A DNA stretch of 64,000 nucleotides from an uncultured Oleiharenicola sp. (GTDB lineage: Bacteria; Verrucomicrobiota; Verrucomicrobiia; Opitutales; Opitutaceae), in contig CAYRDN010000001.1 in assembly GCA_964423065.1 (NCBI GenBank), positions 188,619 to 252,618 on the forward strand, given 5' to 3'. Both the position numbers and the translations under genes were made by a program. The notes below the pieces were generated by a model. It was not told the origin of the DNA. It searched no databases and was given only the letters and a program-made list of their open reading frames with translations. This document shows, in pieces, positions 42,230-51,804 of this stretch (positions are counted from its first letter, which is position 1; each line of letters opens with the position of its first letter).

Positions 42230-43878
42230 TCCAGCGCCCTGATCGGCCGGGCCGAGATCCCCGCCGCCAGTTGCAGCCGCTTCAGGGACTGGCGGGCGAG
42301 CGGATCGGCATACCACCCCTGCACCTCGTCCGCGCGCAGGGTCTGCCGGCGCTGGAACATCACCGGGACGCTCGGCACCGCGGCCATGACCCTGCGCTCG
42401 GCCTGAGCCAGCAGGTCGAGGTGCTCGCGGCCCGACCGGCTGCTGGCGCGCGTGAGCAGGGCGGTCACATCCTCGTCATGCCACCGGCTGCCGTTGAATT
42501 CCGCGGGGCCCAGGAACGCGCCGAGCAGATCACCGGCATCCGGCACGGTGGCGATCAATCCGTTGTAAAGCACGTCGAAGTCGCCGGCCCGGAGGTGTGC
42601 GGCCTGTTGCGTGGAGGTGCCGTACCTGATGTAAGTCTTGATCCCGAGTTCCCGGTACCAGCACTCGGTCCAGGCCTGCGGGAAGGGATCACCCCGCGAC
42701 GCGAGCGGCAAATCCATGGCCAGCACCGGAAACCCGCGGCCCCCGGGATAGCCGGCGGCCGCGAGCAGCCGCCGGGCCTCCCTCGCATCCTCCTTGAGCA
42801 GCGTCAGACTGGGGCGGCCGGGCATGTCGGGCACCCAGGCCCATGCCGCGACCATGTGCCCGGGATCATATCTTTGGATCGGGCCCGACCGGTCCAGCGC
42901 CAGGGCCAGCGCCTGGCGCACCCGGACATCCTGCAGCGGCCCGCGGGTCACGTTGAAATCGAGCGAAGTGACCATCGGCTCCAGCTCGGTTTCCACCGTG
43001 AACGGCCGCACCGTCGGCATCGTCCGGCTGCGGCCGAAGGGCGTGGGTGAGAGCAGGTCCACCACGCCGGCCGCCAGCTGGAGCTGCGCGATGGCCAGGT
43101 TGTCCGCCCGGACAAACTGCACCCCCGCCAGGTGGACCGCGGCGAAATCATGATACCACGGGCTGGCCGCGAGCCGGTAGCCGTCGGCCGACGCTTGCAC
43201 GAGGTGGAACGGTCCGTTCGTCACCAGCGCGGAAGCCGTCTGGAAATATTCCCGGCCGGCGAGCACCTTTTCATCCGTCCGGTACAGCGGGGACAAAAGC
43301 GGGTCGGCCAGCTCCATCACCAGGGTGGGCCGCGGGGCGGCCAGCTCCAGCTGCAGCGTGAAGTCATCCAGGGCGTGCACCCCCACCGCCCCGGCGTCCT
43401 TGAGCTGGCCGCGATGATAGGCCGCGGCATTCTTCAGGGGGAAAAGGGTCTCGGCCTCCGCCGTCATCTGCCGGAGGAGCCGCTGCCAGCCGCGCACGAA
43501 GTCGGCGGCGGTCACGCGTTCCCCGTTGCTCCACCGGGCATCCGGGCGGAGCGCCAGCGTCAGGGTCAACCGGTCGGCCGACCAGGCCCAGCTCCGCGCG
43601 GCGGCCGGCTGCGGCTGGCCGGTGGCCGGGTCACATTCCACCAGCGGCTCCCACAGGCCCAGGATGAGCTGGTTGTATTGCGCCAGGGGCATGTGCCGCT
43701 GGTGCGGATCGGGTGCCATCAGCTGGGTGCAGGCCACGCGCAGCACGTTGCCATCCTCCGGCGGTCGCGGCCGCACCGCCAGTCCCTCCCGGCGGCCGCC
43801 GAAGGCCGCCGCCAGCAGCGCGGTCAGCCCGAGCAAGGCCAGGGTGATCCACCCGTGGAAGCGTGGACGCGCAGTCAT
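42226..43878 (-). CDS. OppA-like (family 5) peptide-binding protein with no adjacent ABC permease
   Basis: 'LRPDARWSNGERVTAADF', 'TNGPF', 'DVRVRQALALALDR', 'ARRLLAAAGYPGGRGFP'. Confidence 0.88.
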   Translation of the reverse strand: MTARPRFHGWITLALLGLTALLAAAFGGRREGLAVRPRPPEDGNVLRVACTQLMAPDPHQRHMPLAQYNQLILGLWEPLVECDPATGQPQPAAARSWAWSADRLTLTLALRPDARWSNGERVTAADFVRGWQRLLRQMTAEAETLFPLKNAAAYHRGQLKDAGAVGVHALDDFTLQLELAAPRPTLVMELADPLLSPLYRTDEKVLAGREYFQTASALVTNGPFHLVQASADGYRLAASPWYHDFAAVHLAGVQFVRADNLAIAQLQLAAGVVDLLSPTPFGRSRTMPTVRPFTVETELEPMVTSLDFNVTRGPLQDVRVRQALALALDRSGPIQRYDPGHMVAAWAWVPDMPGRPSLTLLKEDAREARRLLAAAGYPGGRGFPVLAMDLPLASRGDPFPQAWTECWYRELGIKTYIRYGTSTQQAAHLRAGDFDVLYNGLIATVPDAGDLLGAFLGPAEFNGSRWHDEDVTALLTRASSRSGREHLDLLAQAERRVMAAVPSVPVMFQRRQTLRADEVQGWYADPLARQSLKRLQLAAGISARPIRALE

Positions 43879-44039
43879 GGTGTTGTGGCGCAGTTAACCA
43901 ACACCCCGAGCGAACACAATGCACGACCGCGGCACAATCCCCTCGCGCCCGGTTCCCTTCGGGCGCGGCGAAACGCCAGGAATCCGCGGCGGGCTCCCCG
44001 CCGCCCGGCGGGGCGGTAGCGGTCCCCCGGGTCCGGTGA

Positions 44040-45266
44040 TCAGGCCTTGGGCCCGCCCTGTGCGTAGTAGCGGGCGCGCAGCCGCAGCCCGTTAAGCCGG
44101 ATGAAGCCGGTGGCGTCACTCTGGTTGTACCAGCTCTTCACCCCTTCCATGGACGCGATCTTCATGTCGTAAAGCGAATACTTCGACCTGCGGCCGCAGG
44201 TGATGATGTTGCCCTTGTAAAGCTTGAGGCGCACCGTGCCGGTCACGTGCTTCTGCGACTCGTCGACGAGCGCCTGCAGCGCCTCGCGCTCGGGAGCGAA
44301 CCAGAAGCCGTAGTAGACGAGCTCGGCGTATTTCGGGATGAGCGAGTCGCGCAGATGCATGACCTCGCGGTCCATCGTGAGCGATTCGACCTGCCGGTGC
44401 GCCTGCATCAGGATGGTGCCGCCGGGGGTCTCGTAGACGCCGCGCGACTTCATGCCGACAAAGCGGTTCTCGACCAGATCCACGCGGCCGATGCCATGCT
44501 TGCCGCCCAATTTATTGAGCGCCTGCAGCACGCCGGCGGGTGAAAGCTTGCGGCCGTTCACCGCCACGCAGTCGCCCTTGACGAAATCGAGCTCGACGTA
44601 CTCCGCCTTGTCCGGCGCATCCTCGGGCGAGACCGAGAGCTTGAACATGCCCTTGTTGGCCTTCGTCGTCGGGTCGAACCACGGATCCTCGAGGATGCCC
44701 GCCTCGTAGGAGATGTGCAGGAGGTTCCGGTCCATCGAATAGGGCTTCTTGAGCGACGCCTCGACGGGGATCCGGTGCCGGCGGCAATACGCGATCATCT
44801 CCGCGCGGCCCGGGAACTCCGCGCGGAACGCGTCGATTTTCCACGGGGCGATGATCGCGAGGTCCGGCGCGAGCGCCATGTACGTCAGCTCGAACCGGCA
44901 CTGGTCGTTGCCCTTGCCCGTGGCGCCGTGGGCGACGGTGTCGGCTTTCTCCCGGCGGGCGATGGCGATTTGCGCCTGGGCGATCAGCGGCCGCGCGATG
45001 GAGGTGCCGAGGTAATACTGGCCCTCGTAAATGGCATTGGCCCGGATCATCGGGTAGATGAAGTCGCGGGCGAATTCCTCCACCAGGTCGAGGGTGTAGT
45101 GCCGCGTCGCCCCGGTCTTCTTCGCCTTGGCGGCCAGACCCTTAAGCTCCTCCTCCTGGCCGATATCGGCGGCAAAGGTGATGATCTCGGCGTCGTGGGT
45201 TTCCTTCAGCCACTTGACGATGACGGAGGTGTCTAGGCCTCCCGAGTACGCGAGCACGATCTTCAT
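44040..45266 (-). CDS. argG: Argininosuccinate synthase
   Basis: [37 protein letters not shown]. Confidence 0.97.
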   Translation of the reverse strand: MKIVLAYSGGLDTSVIVKWLKETHDAEIITFAADIGQEEELKGLAAKAKKTGATRHYTLDLVEEFARDFIYPMIRANAIYEGQYYLGTSIARPLIAQAQIAIARREKADTVAHGATGKGNDQCRFELTYMALAPDLAIIAPWKIDAFRAEFPGRAEMIAYCRRHRIPVEASLKKPYSMDRNLLHISYEAGILEDPWFDPTTKANKGMFKLSVSPEDAPDKAEYVELDFVKGDCVAVNGRKLSPAGVLQALNKLGGKHGIGRVDLVENRFVGMKSRGVYETPGGTILMQAHRQVESLTMDREVMHLRDSLIPKYAELVYYGFWFAPEREALQALVDESQKHVTGTVRLKLYKGNIITCGRRSKYSLYDMKIASMEGVKSWYNQSDATGFIRLNGLRLRARYYAQGGPKA

Positions 45267-45387
45267 GGTGAGGCGGGAGTGTTGCGGTTCGCCCGCGCCG
45301 CGCAAAGTAAAAATCAGCCATTTACATGCAATTCACCCCTCGGGATTTGCCTTCGCCGCGGGAAACGCAAACATCCGCCCCAAGATC

Positions 45388-45879
45388 ATGAGGCCAGCCC
45401 TACCACGGATCGGCTCCTCCTCCCCGCGCGGATTCACGCTCGTGGAAATCATGATCGTCGTGGTCATCATCGGCCTCCTCGCGGCCATGGCCATCCCGGC
45501 CTTTCAGCGCATCCAGCGTGCCTCGCAAAACAGCCGCATCGTGAATGATTTTCGGATCTTTGCGCAGGCCTTTGAAATCTACGACACGCAGAACGGCACC
45601 TGGCCGGCCAATGTGGGCCCGGGCGTGATCCCGACCTCGCCGGTACCCATGGCCGGGGACTTTCGCGCGGCGGCCTGGCAGACCACCACGGCGATCGGCG
45701 GGCAGTGGAACTGGGACCGGAACATTGCGGGCATCTCCGCGGGCATCTCCATCAGCAACTTTACCTGCACCGACGCGCAGCTGATGGAGATCGACGCCAA
45801 GATCGACGATGGCGACCTGACGACGGGGCGTTTCCGGAAATCCCAGTCCACGCGGGTTACGCTGGTCATGGAAGAGTAG
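45388..45879 (+). CDS. Prepilin-type N-terminal cleavage/methylation domain protein
   Basis: RG|FTLVEIMIVVVIIGLLAAMAIP canonical type IVa motif. Confidence 0.88.
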   Translation: MRPALPRIGSSSPRGFTLVEIMIVVVIIGLLAAMAIPAFQRIQRASQNSRIVNDFRIFAQAFEIYDTQNGTWPANVGPGVIPTSPVPMAGDFRAAAWQTTTAIGGQWNWDRNIAGISAGISISNFTCTDAQLMEIDAKIDDGDLTTGRFRKSQSTRVTLVMEE

Positions 45880-45900
45880 CCGCCGGCGCCGGCTGCCGGC

Positions 45901-46836
45901 TCAGGCCCGTTCGCGCGCGAGCATGGCCAGGATCGCCTTCTGCACATGCAGGCGGTTTTCCGCCTGGTCGAAGATCACGCACCGCGGGTGGTCGAGCACC
46001 TCCTGCGTGACCTCCATCCCGGCGTGCGCGGGCAGACAGTGCATGAAGAGGGCGTCGGGCTTGGCCGCCGCAAAAAGCTTCCCGTTCACCTGGTAGGGCA
46101 GCATGCGGGCCTCCCGCTCGGCGGCCTCGCTCTCCTGCCCCATGCTGGTCCAGACATCGGTGTACACGATGTCGGCGCCGGCCACCGCCTCGAACGGGTC
46201 CCGGGTGAACTGATGGCTCCCGCCCGCCGCCGCCGCCAGCGCGGTGATTTCCGGCCCGGGCCCATCGCCCGCCGGACCGCCGAGCGCGACTTTCATGCCG
46301 AACAGGCTGGCGCCGAGAATCCAGGAATTCGCCATGTTGAAACCGGTGTCGCCCAGGAAGGCCACCTTGCGGCCGCGCAACGACGCGAACAGGTCGCCCG
46401 CCGGGCCGGCCCAGCGCTCCGCCGCGGTGAAGGCATCCGCGTAGACCTGGCAGGGATGGAGGAAATCCGTCAGCGCGTTCACGACCGGCAGGCCGCCCTG
46501 CGCCGCCAGCTCGACGAGGTCGCCGTGCGCATGCGTGCGCACGATCAGGCCGTGCACGAAGCGCGCCAGCACCCGCGCCGTGTCGGCGATGGTCTCGCCC
46601 CGGCCGATCTGGATGTCGTTCTTGTTGAGAAAAAGCGGATTCCCGCCGAGCTCGTGGAGGCCCACCTCGAACGACACGCGCGTGCGCGTGCTCGACTTGG
46701 CGAAGATCATCGCCCAGGTCTGGCCGGCCAGGGGCTTTTCATGCCGGCCGCGCTCCCGCTTCAGCCGGCGGGCCAGCGCGAAGATCGCCGCGGCCTCGGC
46801 GGGCGAGAAATCGGTTTCCTTCAAGAAGTGCCTCAT
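45901..46836 (-). CDS. argF: Ornithine carbamoyltransferase
   Basis: SSTRTR, HPCQ, YTDVWTSMG, HCLP, QAENR. Confidence 0.95.
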   Translation of the reverse strand: MRHFLKETDFSPAEAAAIFALARRLKRERGRHEKPLAGQTWAMIFAKSSTRTRVSFEVGLHELGGNPLFLNKNDIQIGRGETIADTARVLARFVHGLIVRTHAHGDLVELAAQGGLPVVNALTDFLHPCQVYADAFTAAERWAGPAGDLFASLRGRKVAFLGDTGFNMANSWILGASLFGMKVALGGPAGDGPGPEITALAAAAGGSHQFTRDPFEAVAGADIVYTDVWTSMGQESEAAEREARMLPYQVNGKLFAAAKPDALFMHCLPAHAGMEVTQEVLDHPRCVIFDQAENRLHVQKAILAMLARERA

Positions 46837-46848
46837 GGTGGCGGGGGG

Positions 46849-48063
46849 TCAGGATTTCTTGGCCAGCACGGACCGGATGATGGCCGTGGCGCGGTCGAGG
46901 TGCGCCGGCGTCGCGATGAGCGGCGGCAGGAGCCGGATGCTGTTGCCGCCGGCCACCACGGCCAGCAGGCCGGCTTCGCGGAGGGCCGTGACATAGGACG
47001 GCGGTTCGCCCTGCAGCGCCAGGCCGACCATGTAGCCGCGGCCGGCGACGGCCTTCACGTGCCGGGGGAAATCCACGACCAGTTTCTCCAGCCCGATCCG
47101 CCACGCGGCGCCGTTGGTCCGGACCTTCTCCAGCAGGTTATCGCGTTCCATGACGTCGAGCACGGCCAGCGCCGCCGCGCAGGCCAGCGGCGTGCCGCCG
47201 AAGGTCGAGCCGTGCGAGCCGGGCTGGAACAGCTCGGCGTGCTTTTCCCCCGCCCAGACGGCGCCCATGGGGTAGCCGCCGCCGAGCCCCTTCGCCATGC
47301 CGATGGCGTCGGCGCGGACGCCGGATTGCTGGAAGGCGTAGAAGGTGCCGGTGCGGCCGATGCCGCACTGCACCTCGTCGAGCATGAGCAGCAGGTTGTG
47401 CCGGTCGCACAGCCGCCGCAGGCCCCAGAGAAACTCGTCCGTGCACGCCACCACCCCGCCCTCGCCCTGCACGGTCTCGAGGAAGATGGCGGCGGTCTGG
47501 TCGTCGACCAGGTCGACGAAGCTCTGCAGGTTGTTCAGCTCCCCGAAGGCGAAGCCGGGCACGAGCGGGCGGAAGCCCTTCTGGATCTTCTCCTGCGGCG
47601 TGGCGCTCATGCCGCCATAGGTCCGGCCGTGGAACGCGTGCTTCGCGCAGATGATCTTGTAGCTCTTGGCCTCCTCGCCGGATTTCCGGACGCCGTGCAG
47701 GCGCGCGAGCTTGATCAGGCCCTCGTTGGCCTCGGTGCCGCTGTTGCAGAAGAAGACCCGGCCGGGCCCGGCCTGCTGCACGAGGCGGCGGGCCAGCTCG
47801 CCCTGGTTGGGGTGGCGGAAAAGATTGCTGACATGGATCAGCTCGCCGGCCTGCCGGCGGACCGCCTCGACCCACACCGGGTGGCAGTGCCCGAGCGCCG
47901 CGACCGCGACGCCGGAGGTGAAGTCGAGGTACTCCCGGCCGGTGTCGTCCCAGACGGAGACCCCCAGCCCGCGCACCAGCGTCAGCGGCGGCCGGCCGTA
48001 GTTCTTCATGACGTAGGCGTCATAAAGCTCGGCGGTGTTGGTGCGGATGATGGCGGGGGTCAT
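46849..48063 (-). CDS. argD: Acetylornithine aminotransferase
   Basis: NSGTEANE, FHGRT, DEVQCGIGRTG, AKGLGGG, HGSTFGG; context in arg cluster. Confidence 0.92.
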   Translation of the reverse strand: MTPAIIRTNTAELYDAYVMKNYGRPPLTLVRGLGVSVWDDTGREYLDFTSGVAVAALGHCHPVWVEAVRRQAGELIHVSNLFRHPNQGELARRLVQQAGPGRVFFCNSGTEANEGLIKLARLHGVRKSGEEAKSYKIICAKHAFHGRTYGGMSATPQEKIQKGFRPLVPGFAFGELNNLQSFVDLVDDQTAAIFLETVQGEGGVVACTDEFLWGLRRLCDRHNLLLMLDEVQCGIGRTGTFYAFQQSGVRADAIGMAKGLGGGYPMGAVWAGEKHAELFQPGSHGSTFGGTPLACAAALAVLDVMERDNLLEKVRTNGAAWRIGLEKLVVDFPRHVKAVAGRGYMVGLALQGEPPSYVTALREAGLLAVVAGGNSIRLLPPLIATPAHLDRATAIIRSVLAKKS

Positions 48064-48066
48064 GGC

Positions 48067-48132
48067 AGTGAGAGTGAAAGGGGGAGTGAGGGTGAACTTA
48101 AAGCCTTTTCCCGCCCACTTTCATTCTCCCTC
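48067..48132. repeat. Hexamer-periodic imperfect inverted repeat between argB and argD
   Basis: AGTGAG-AGTGAA-AGGGGG-AGTGAG-GGTGAA ... CCCACTTTCATTCTC; GAGAGTGAAAG pairs with CTTTCATTCTC. Confidence 0.6.
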
Positions 48133-48135
48133 GTA

Positions 48136-49017
48136 TCAGCCGTGCACAATTTCGGTCCCCACACCTTTGTCGGTGAAAATCTCCAGCAGGAGGCTGTGCG
48201 GCATGCGGCCGTCCACGAAGTGGACCCGCTGCACGCCTTCCGCGAGGGCGCGCACGGCGCTCTGCACCTTCGGGCGCATGCCCTTGTCGATGATCCCCTT
48301 CTTCTTCATGCCCTCGACCTCGCCGGCCTTGACCGAGGAAATCAAGGTGGCCGGGTTTTTCGGGTCCGCCAGCAGGCCGGGCACGTCGCTCATGTAGACC
48401 AGCCGGCGCGCGCGCAGGGCGCTGGCCACACGGCCGGCCACGGTGTCGGCGTTCACGTTGTAGGGTTTGCCGTCCAGGCCCTCCGCCACGGGCGAGATCA
48501 CGGGCATGAAGCCGTCCGCGATCTCCTTCCGGATCAGCTTCACCTTCACCTCGGTCACGTTCCCCACGTAGCCGAGGTCGCAGGGGTTGCCGTCGTCGTC
48601 GACCCGCAGCTTGTCGCACACGATCACGCTGTCGCCGGGCAGGCCCTTTGGACGGGCCTTGACCGCGGTCAGCGTGTCGCAGACATCCTTGTTCACGACC
48701 TCGTCGAGCGTTTTCTTGACGATGGCGATGGTCGCCGCGTCGGTGACGCGGAGGCCGTTGACGAAACCGGCCTTCAAACCGGCGGCGTCCATCGCGCGGT
48801 TGATCGCCTTGCCGCCGCCGTGCACGACGACGACGTTGATGCCGACCGCGGCGAGGAAGGCGATGTCCGTCGCCACGCTCAGCCGCACGGTCGGATCCGG
48901 GTCGTCCATGAAGCTGCCGCCGTATTTCACGACGAAGATCGCGCCGTGGAAATCCTGGATGTACGGCAGGGCCTCGAGCAGCACCTTGGCCTTGGCGATG
49001 ATGTCAGCGATTTCCAT
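48136..49017 (-). CDS. argB: Acetylglutamate kinase
   Basis: EALPYI, VVKYGG, VHGGG, GLRVTD, NVNAD, GMRPK, LLEIFT. Confidence 0.95.
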   Translation of the reverse strand: MEIADIIAKAKVLLEALPYIQDFHGAIFVVKYGGSFMDDPDPTVRLSVATDIAFLAAVGINVVVVHGGGKAINRAMDAAGLKAGFVNGLRVTDAATIAIVKKTLDEVVNKDVCDTLTAVKARPKGLPGDSVIVCDKLRVDDDGNPCDLGYVGNVTEVKVKLIRKEIADGFMPVISPVAEGLDGKPYNVNADTVAGRVASALRARRLVYMSDVPGLLADPKNPATLISSVKAGEVEGMKKKGIIDKGMRPKVQSAVRALAEGVQRVHFVDGRMPHSLLLEIFTDKGVGTEIVHG

Positions 49018-49052
49018 TGGCGATTGGATCCGACCCGGCAGCCGCGGGCCGC

Positions 49053-50192
49053 CTATTGGTTCTCGTGGACCACCTTGGCCGGGGGAAACCCGTTGAAGTA
49101 GGTCGCCGACGCGTGGCTGTAGGCGCCGATGTTCACGCTGTAGACGAAATCGTCGCGCTGGAGATCGGGCAGGTTCTCCGCCATCGACACGACGTCGAGC
49201 GCGTCGCACGTCGGCCCGAAGACGGAGCAGAGCGACGTCGGGCCCTGCTTGAAGGACTTGATCGGATACTTGCAGTGGTCGAAGATGACGCCCGAGTAGG
49301 TGTGGTAGACGCCGTCGTTGATGTAGTAGCTGGTCTTCCCGTCGCGCACGGCCTTGCCGATGATCTTGGAGACGGCGTAGCCGGCGGAGGCGACGAGGAA
49401 CCGGCCGGGCTCGGCGAGCACCTGGATGTTTTTCGGAAACAGGCGGTCGATCTCGGTGTTGATGATCCTGGCCAGCTCCTTCAGCGGCTTGACCGTGGCG
49501 TCGTAGGGCGCGGGAAAGCCGCCGCCGATGTCGAGCAGGTTCATCTTGTGGTAGCCGCGGTCCTGCGCCTCCTTGAAGATGCCCGCGGTCAGGCTGAGGG
49601 CCTGGACGTAGTTCTCGAAATTCGTCGTCTGGCTGCCGACATGGAAGCTGATGCCCTCGACCACCAGCCCCTGCCGGTCGGCCTCGAGGATCAGGTCCAC
49701 CGCCTCGCCGGGGGTGGCGCCGAACTTCGACGAGAGCTCCACCATCGCGCCCGTGTTCGGCACCTTGAGCCGCAGCGCCAGGCCCGCGTCCGGGGCGTGT
49801 TGCTTGATCTTGAAGATCTCCTCGCGGTTGTCGAAGGTGACGAGCGGCTTGTAGCGGTTGAGCTTCTCGAGCGTCTCGGTCGGCTTGGTCGGGTTGGCGT
49901 AGATGATCTTGTCCCAGATCCAGTCCTGCCGCTTCTTCGCGGGCCAGTGCTTGATGTTCTCGTGGACGATCATGAACTCCGGCATCGAAGCGACGTCGAA
50001 GCTGGAGCCCTCCTTGAACAGCGTGCGGACGATGGCGGGGTCGGAGTTGGCCTTGACCGCGAAGTAAACCTGGACGCGCGGGAGGTGCTGCCGGAAGTCC
50101 CGGTAGTTCTTCCGCAGCTCGTCATGGTCGATGACGAACAGCGGGGTGCCGTGTTTTTTCGCGAGCTGCTGGAGCCGGGCTTTCGAGATCAT
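49053..50192 (-). CDS. Fold-type III PLP ornithine (ornithine/lysine) decarboxylase
   Basis: [54 protein letters not shown]. Confidence 0.88.
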   Translation of the reverse strand: MISKARLQQLAKKHGTPLFVIDHDELRKNYRDFRQHLPRVQVYFAVKANSDPAIVRTLFKEGSSFDVASMPEFMIVHENIKHWPAKKRQDWIWDKIIYANPTKPTETLEKLNRYKPLVTFDNREEIFKIKQHAPDAGLALRLKVPNTGAMVELSSKFGATPGEAVDLILEADRQGLVVEGISFHVGSQTTNFENYVQALSLTAGIFKEAQDRGYHKMNLLDIGGGFPAPYDATVKPLKELARIINTEIDRLFPKNIQVLAEPGRFLVASAGYAVSKIIGKAVRDGKTSYYINDGVYHTYSGVIFDHCKYPIKSFKQGPTSLCSVFGPTCDALDVVSMAENLPDLQRDDFVYSVNIGAYSHASATYFNGFPPAKVVHENQ

Positions 50193-50202
50193 CGAGGGGC
50201 CG

Positions 50203-51660
50203 TCAACCGGCGTCCGTCACGAGGAAGTTCTTGAACTGCCACGGGTCCTTCCGGTCGAGGTCCGGCGGATTGTGCGCGTCGAAGGTCGTGTCGCGGTGCT
50301 TGAGCGGGGTCCAGTCGTAGGGCTTCGAGATCCACTTGCCGAGATACGGCTTGGAAATCTTCAGGATGTAGTCGTGCGGCAGCTCGTCGGGGACGACGAC
50401 GCCCTCCGCGGAGTGCTCGATCATCCACATGGAGGCGGCGACCACGGAGATGGCGACCTGCATGGTGGTGGCGTTCTGGTGCGGCACCAGGCGGCGGGAT
50501 TCCCCGATGCTGAGGTCGGAGCCGACCCACCACGCGTTGTAGTCGTGGCCCATGATGAGCGCGCCGAGGACGTCGGCACCGGCCGTGATCTCGTCGTTCA
50601 TGATGCGCTGGTTCTCGTTCAGCTTGTAATGGTAGCCGCGCATCTCGTTGAGCGAGGCGATGGCCTCGTCGCACGGGCAGTAGGCGTAGTGCATCGTCGG
50701 GCGGTAGACGGCTTTGCCGTTCTGCCAGACCGTGAGCTTGTCGGAGATGGTGAAGGCCTCGCCGTGGCGGACGACCATGCCGAGGATGTTCCAGTTCGGT
50801 ACGAAGGAGCGGACCCAGACGTTGATGCCCATCCGCGCAAGGCAGATCTGGTTCTTCGGCCCCTGCTTGTGCTGGAAGGCGTGCTTGGGGAGCGTCTTCT
50901 CGTGCGTGCCCCAGCCCATTTCGGAAGTCGTGGTGCCCTCCTCGCGGAAGCCCTCGATGCTCCAGGTGTTGACGAACTCGTCGACCTGCTTGGGCACGTT
51001 GGTGATCTGGGTGTCGCGCTCGGAGCAGTGGATGACCTTCACCCCGAGGATGTGGGCGAGGTGGTTGAACTGGCGGGTCGCGATCAGCCCGGCGATCTTC
51101 TCGGCCTTGGCGCCGGTGGCCTTACTGTCCTTGATGAGCCGGGTGCCGATGTCGATGAGGCCCTGCTTGACGAAGTGCGAGATGAGGCCGGGGTTGGCAC
51201 CGTGCTCGATGACGGCGGTCGGGCCCTTGGTCTTCCATCTGGCCAGCATCCGCCGCAGGTTCATGTGGCGGTGGTAGAGTGTCTTGGTGGTCGGATGCGA
51301 GTTGGCGCCGGTGGCGTAGGGATCCCAGAGCTCGGTCGAGGTGTTGATGTAGCGCACGCCGTGGTCGTGGCACCACTGGAGGATCTCGCAGGCGTCGATG
51401 TTCCAGGCGAGGTCGATGAGAATGTCACCCGCGCCGACATATTTCGCCAGCAGCGTGGTCATGTTCCGCTCGGTGACGCGGTCGCGCACGAAGCGGACGC
51501 CCTGCCTGATCCAGGGCGCGAGCTTGGCCTGGCGGTCCGCGAAATCCATCACGGTGACGTTCTTCGCCGGCACCTTGATGTGCTTGAAGAGAATGGGCAG
51601 CGTGCACTCGGCGACGGCGCCATAGCCGACGAACAGGATCTTGTTATTGAAGGGGAGCAT
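50203..51660 (-). CDS. hss: Homospermidine synthase
   Basis: VGYGAV, HGANPGLISHFVKQGL, IHCSERDTQ, FVNTWSIEG, HGEAFTI, YRPTMHYAY, QNATTMQV. Confidence 0.93.
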   Translation of the reverse strand: MLPFNNKILFVGYGAVAECTLPILFKHIKVPAKNVTVMDFADRQAKLAPWIRQGVRFVRDRVTERNMTTLLAKYVGAGDILIDLAWNIDACEILQWCHDHGVRYINTSTELWDPYATGANSHPTTKTLYHRHMNLRRMLARWKTKGPTAVIEHGANPGLISHFVKQGLIDIGTRLIKDSKATGAKAEKIAGLIATRQFNHLAHILGVKVIHCSERDTQITNVPKQVDEFVNTWSIEGFREEGTTTSEMGWGTHEKTLPKHAFQHKQGPKNQICLARMGINVWVRSFVPNWNILGMVVRHGEAFTISDKLTVWQNGKAVYRPTMHYAYCPCDEAIASLNEMRGYHYKLNENQRIMNDEITAGADVLGALIMGHDYNAWWVGSDLSIGESRRLVPHQNATTMQVAISVVAASMWMIEHSAEGVVVPDELPHDYILKISKPYLGKWISKPYDWTPLKHRDTTFDAHNPPDLDRKDPWQFKNFLVTDAG

Positions 51661-51804
51661 GAATTCGGAGCGTTGGTCTTCCGGCGGGCCGGCCGCAGGT
51701 TCGGGCGGCCGGCCGGAGGGAATTGGTCACGAAATGTGGTGGCGAAGCGGGCGGCAGCGCAAGCGATTATTGAGTGACGAACCCGCGACCAAGCCCGCGG
51801 CGGC

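Noticed and set aside
25183..43878. Direct functional link between the YcaO peptide and the OppA-LytS/LytTR-TBDR locus
   Set aside because: Separated by rsmE, rsmD and the MCE operon; proximity alone is not evidence
45316..45333. ArgR box upstream of argG (CAGCCATTTACATGCAAT); also checked upstream of argC
   Set aside because: Only one half-site matches, no tandem box, and no argR in the window
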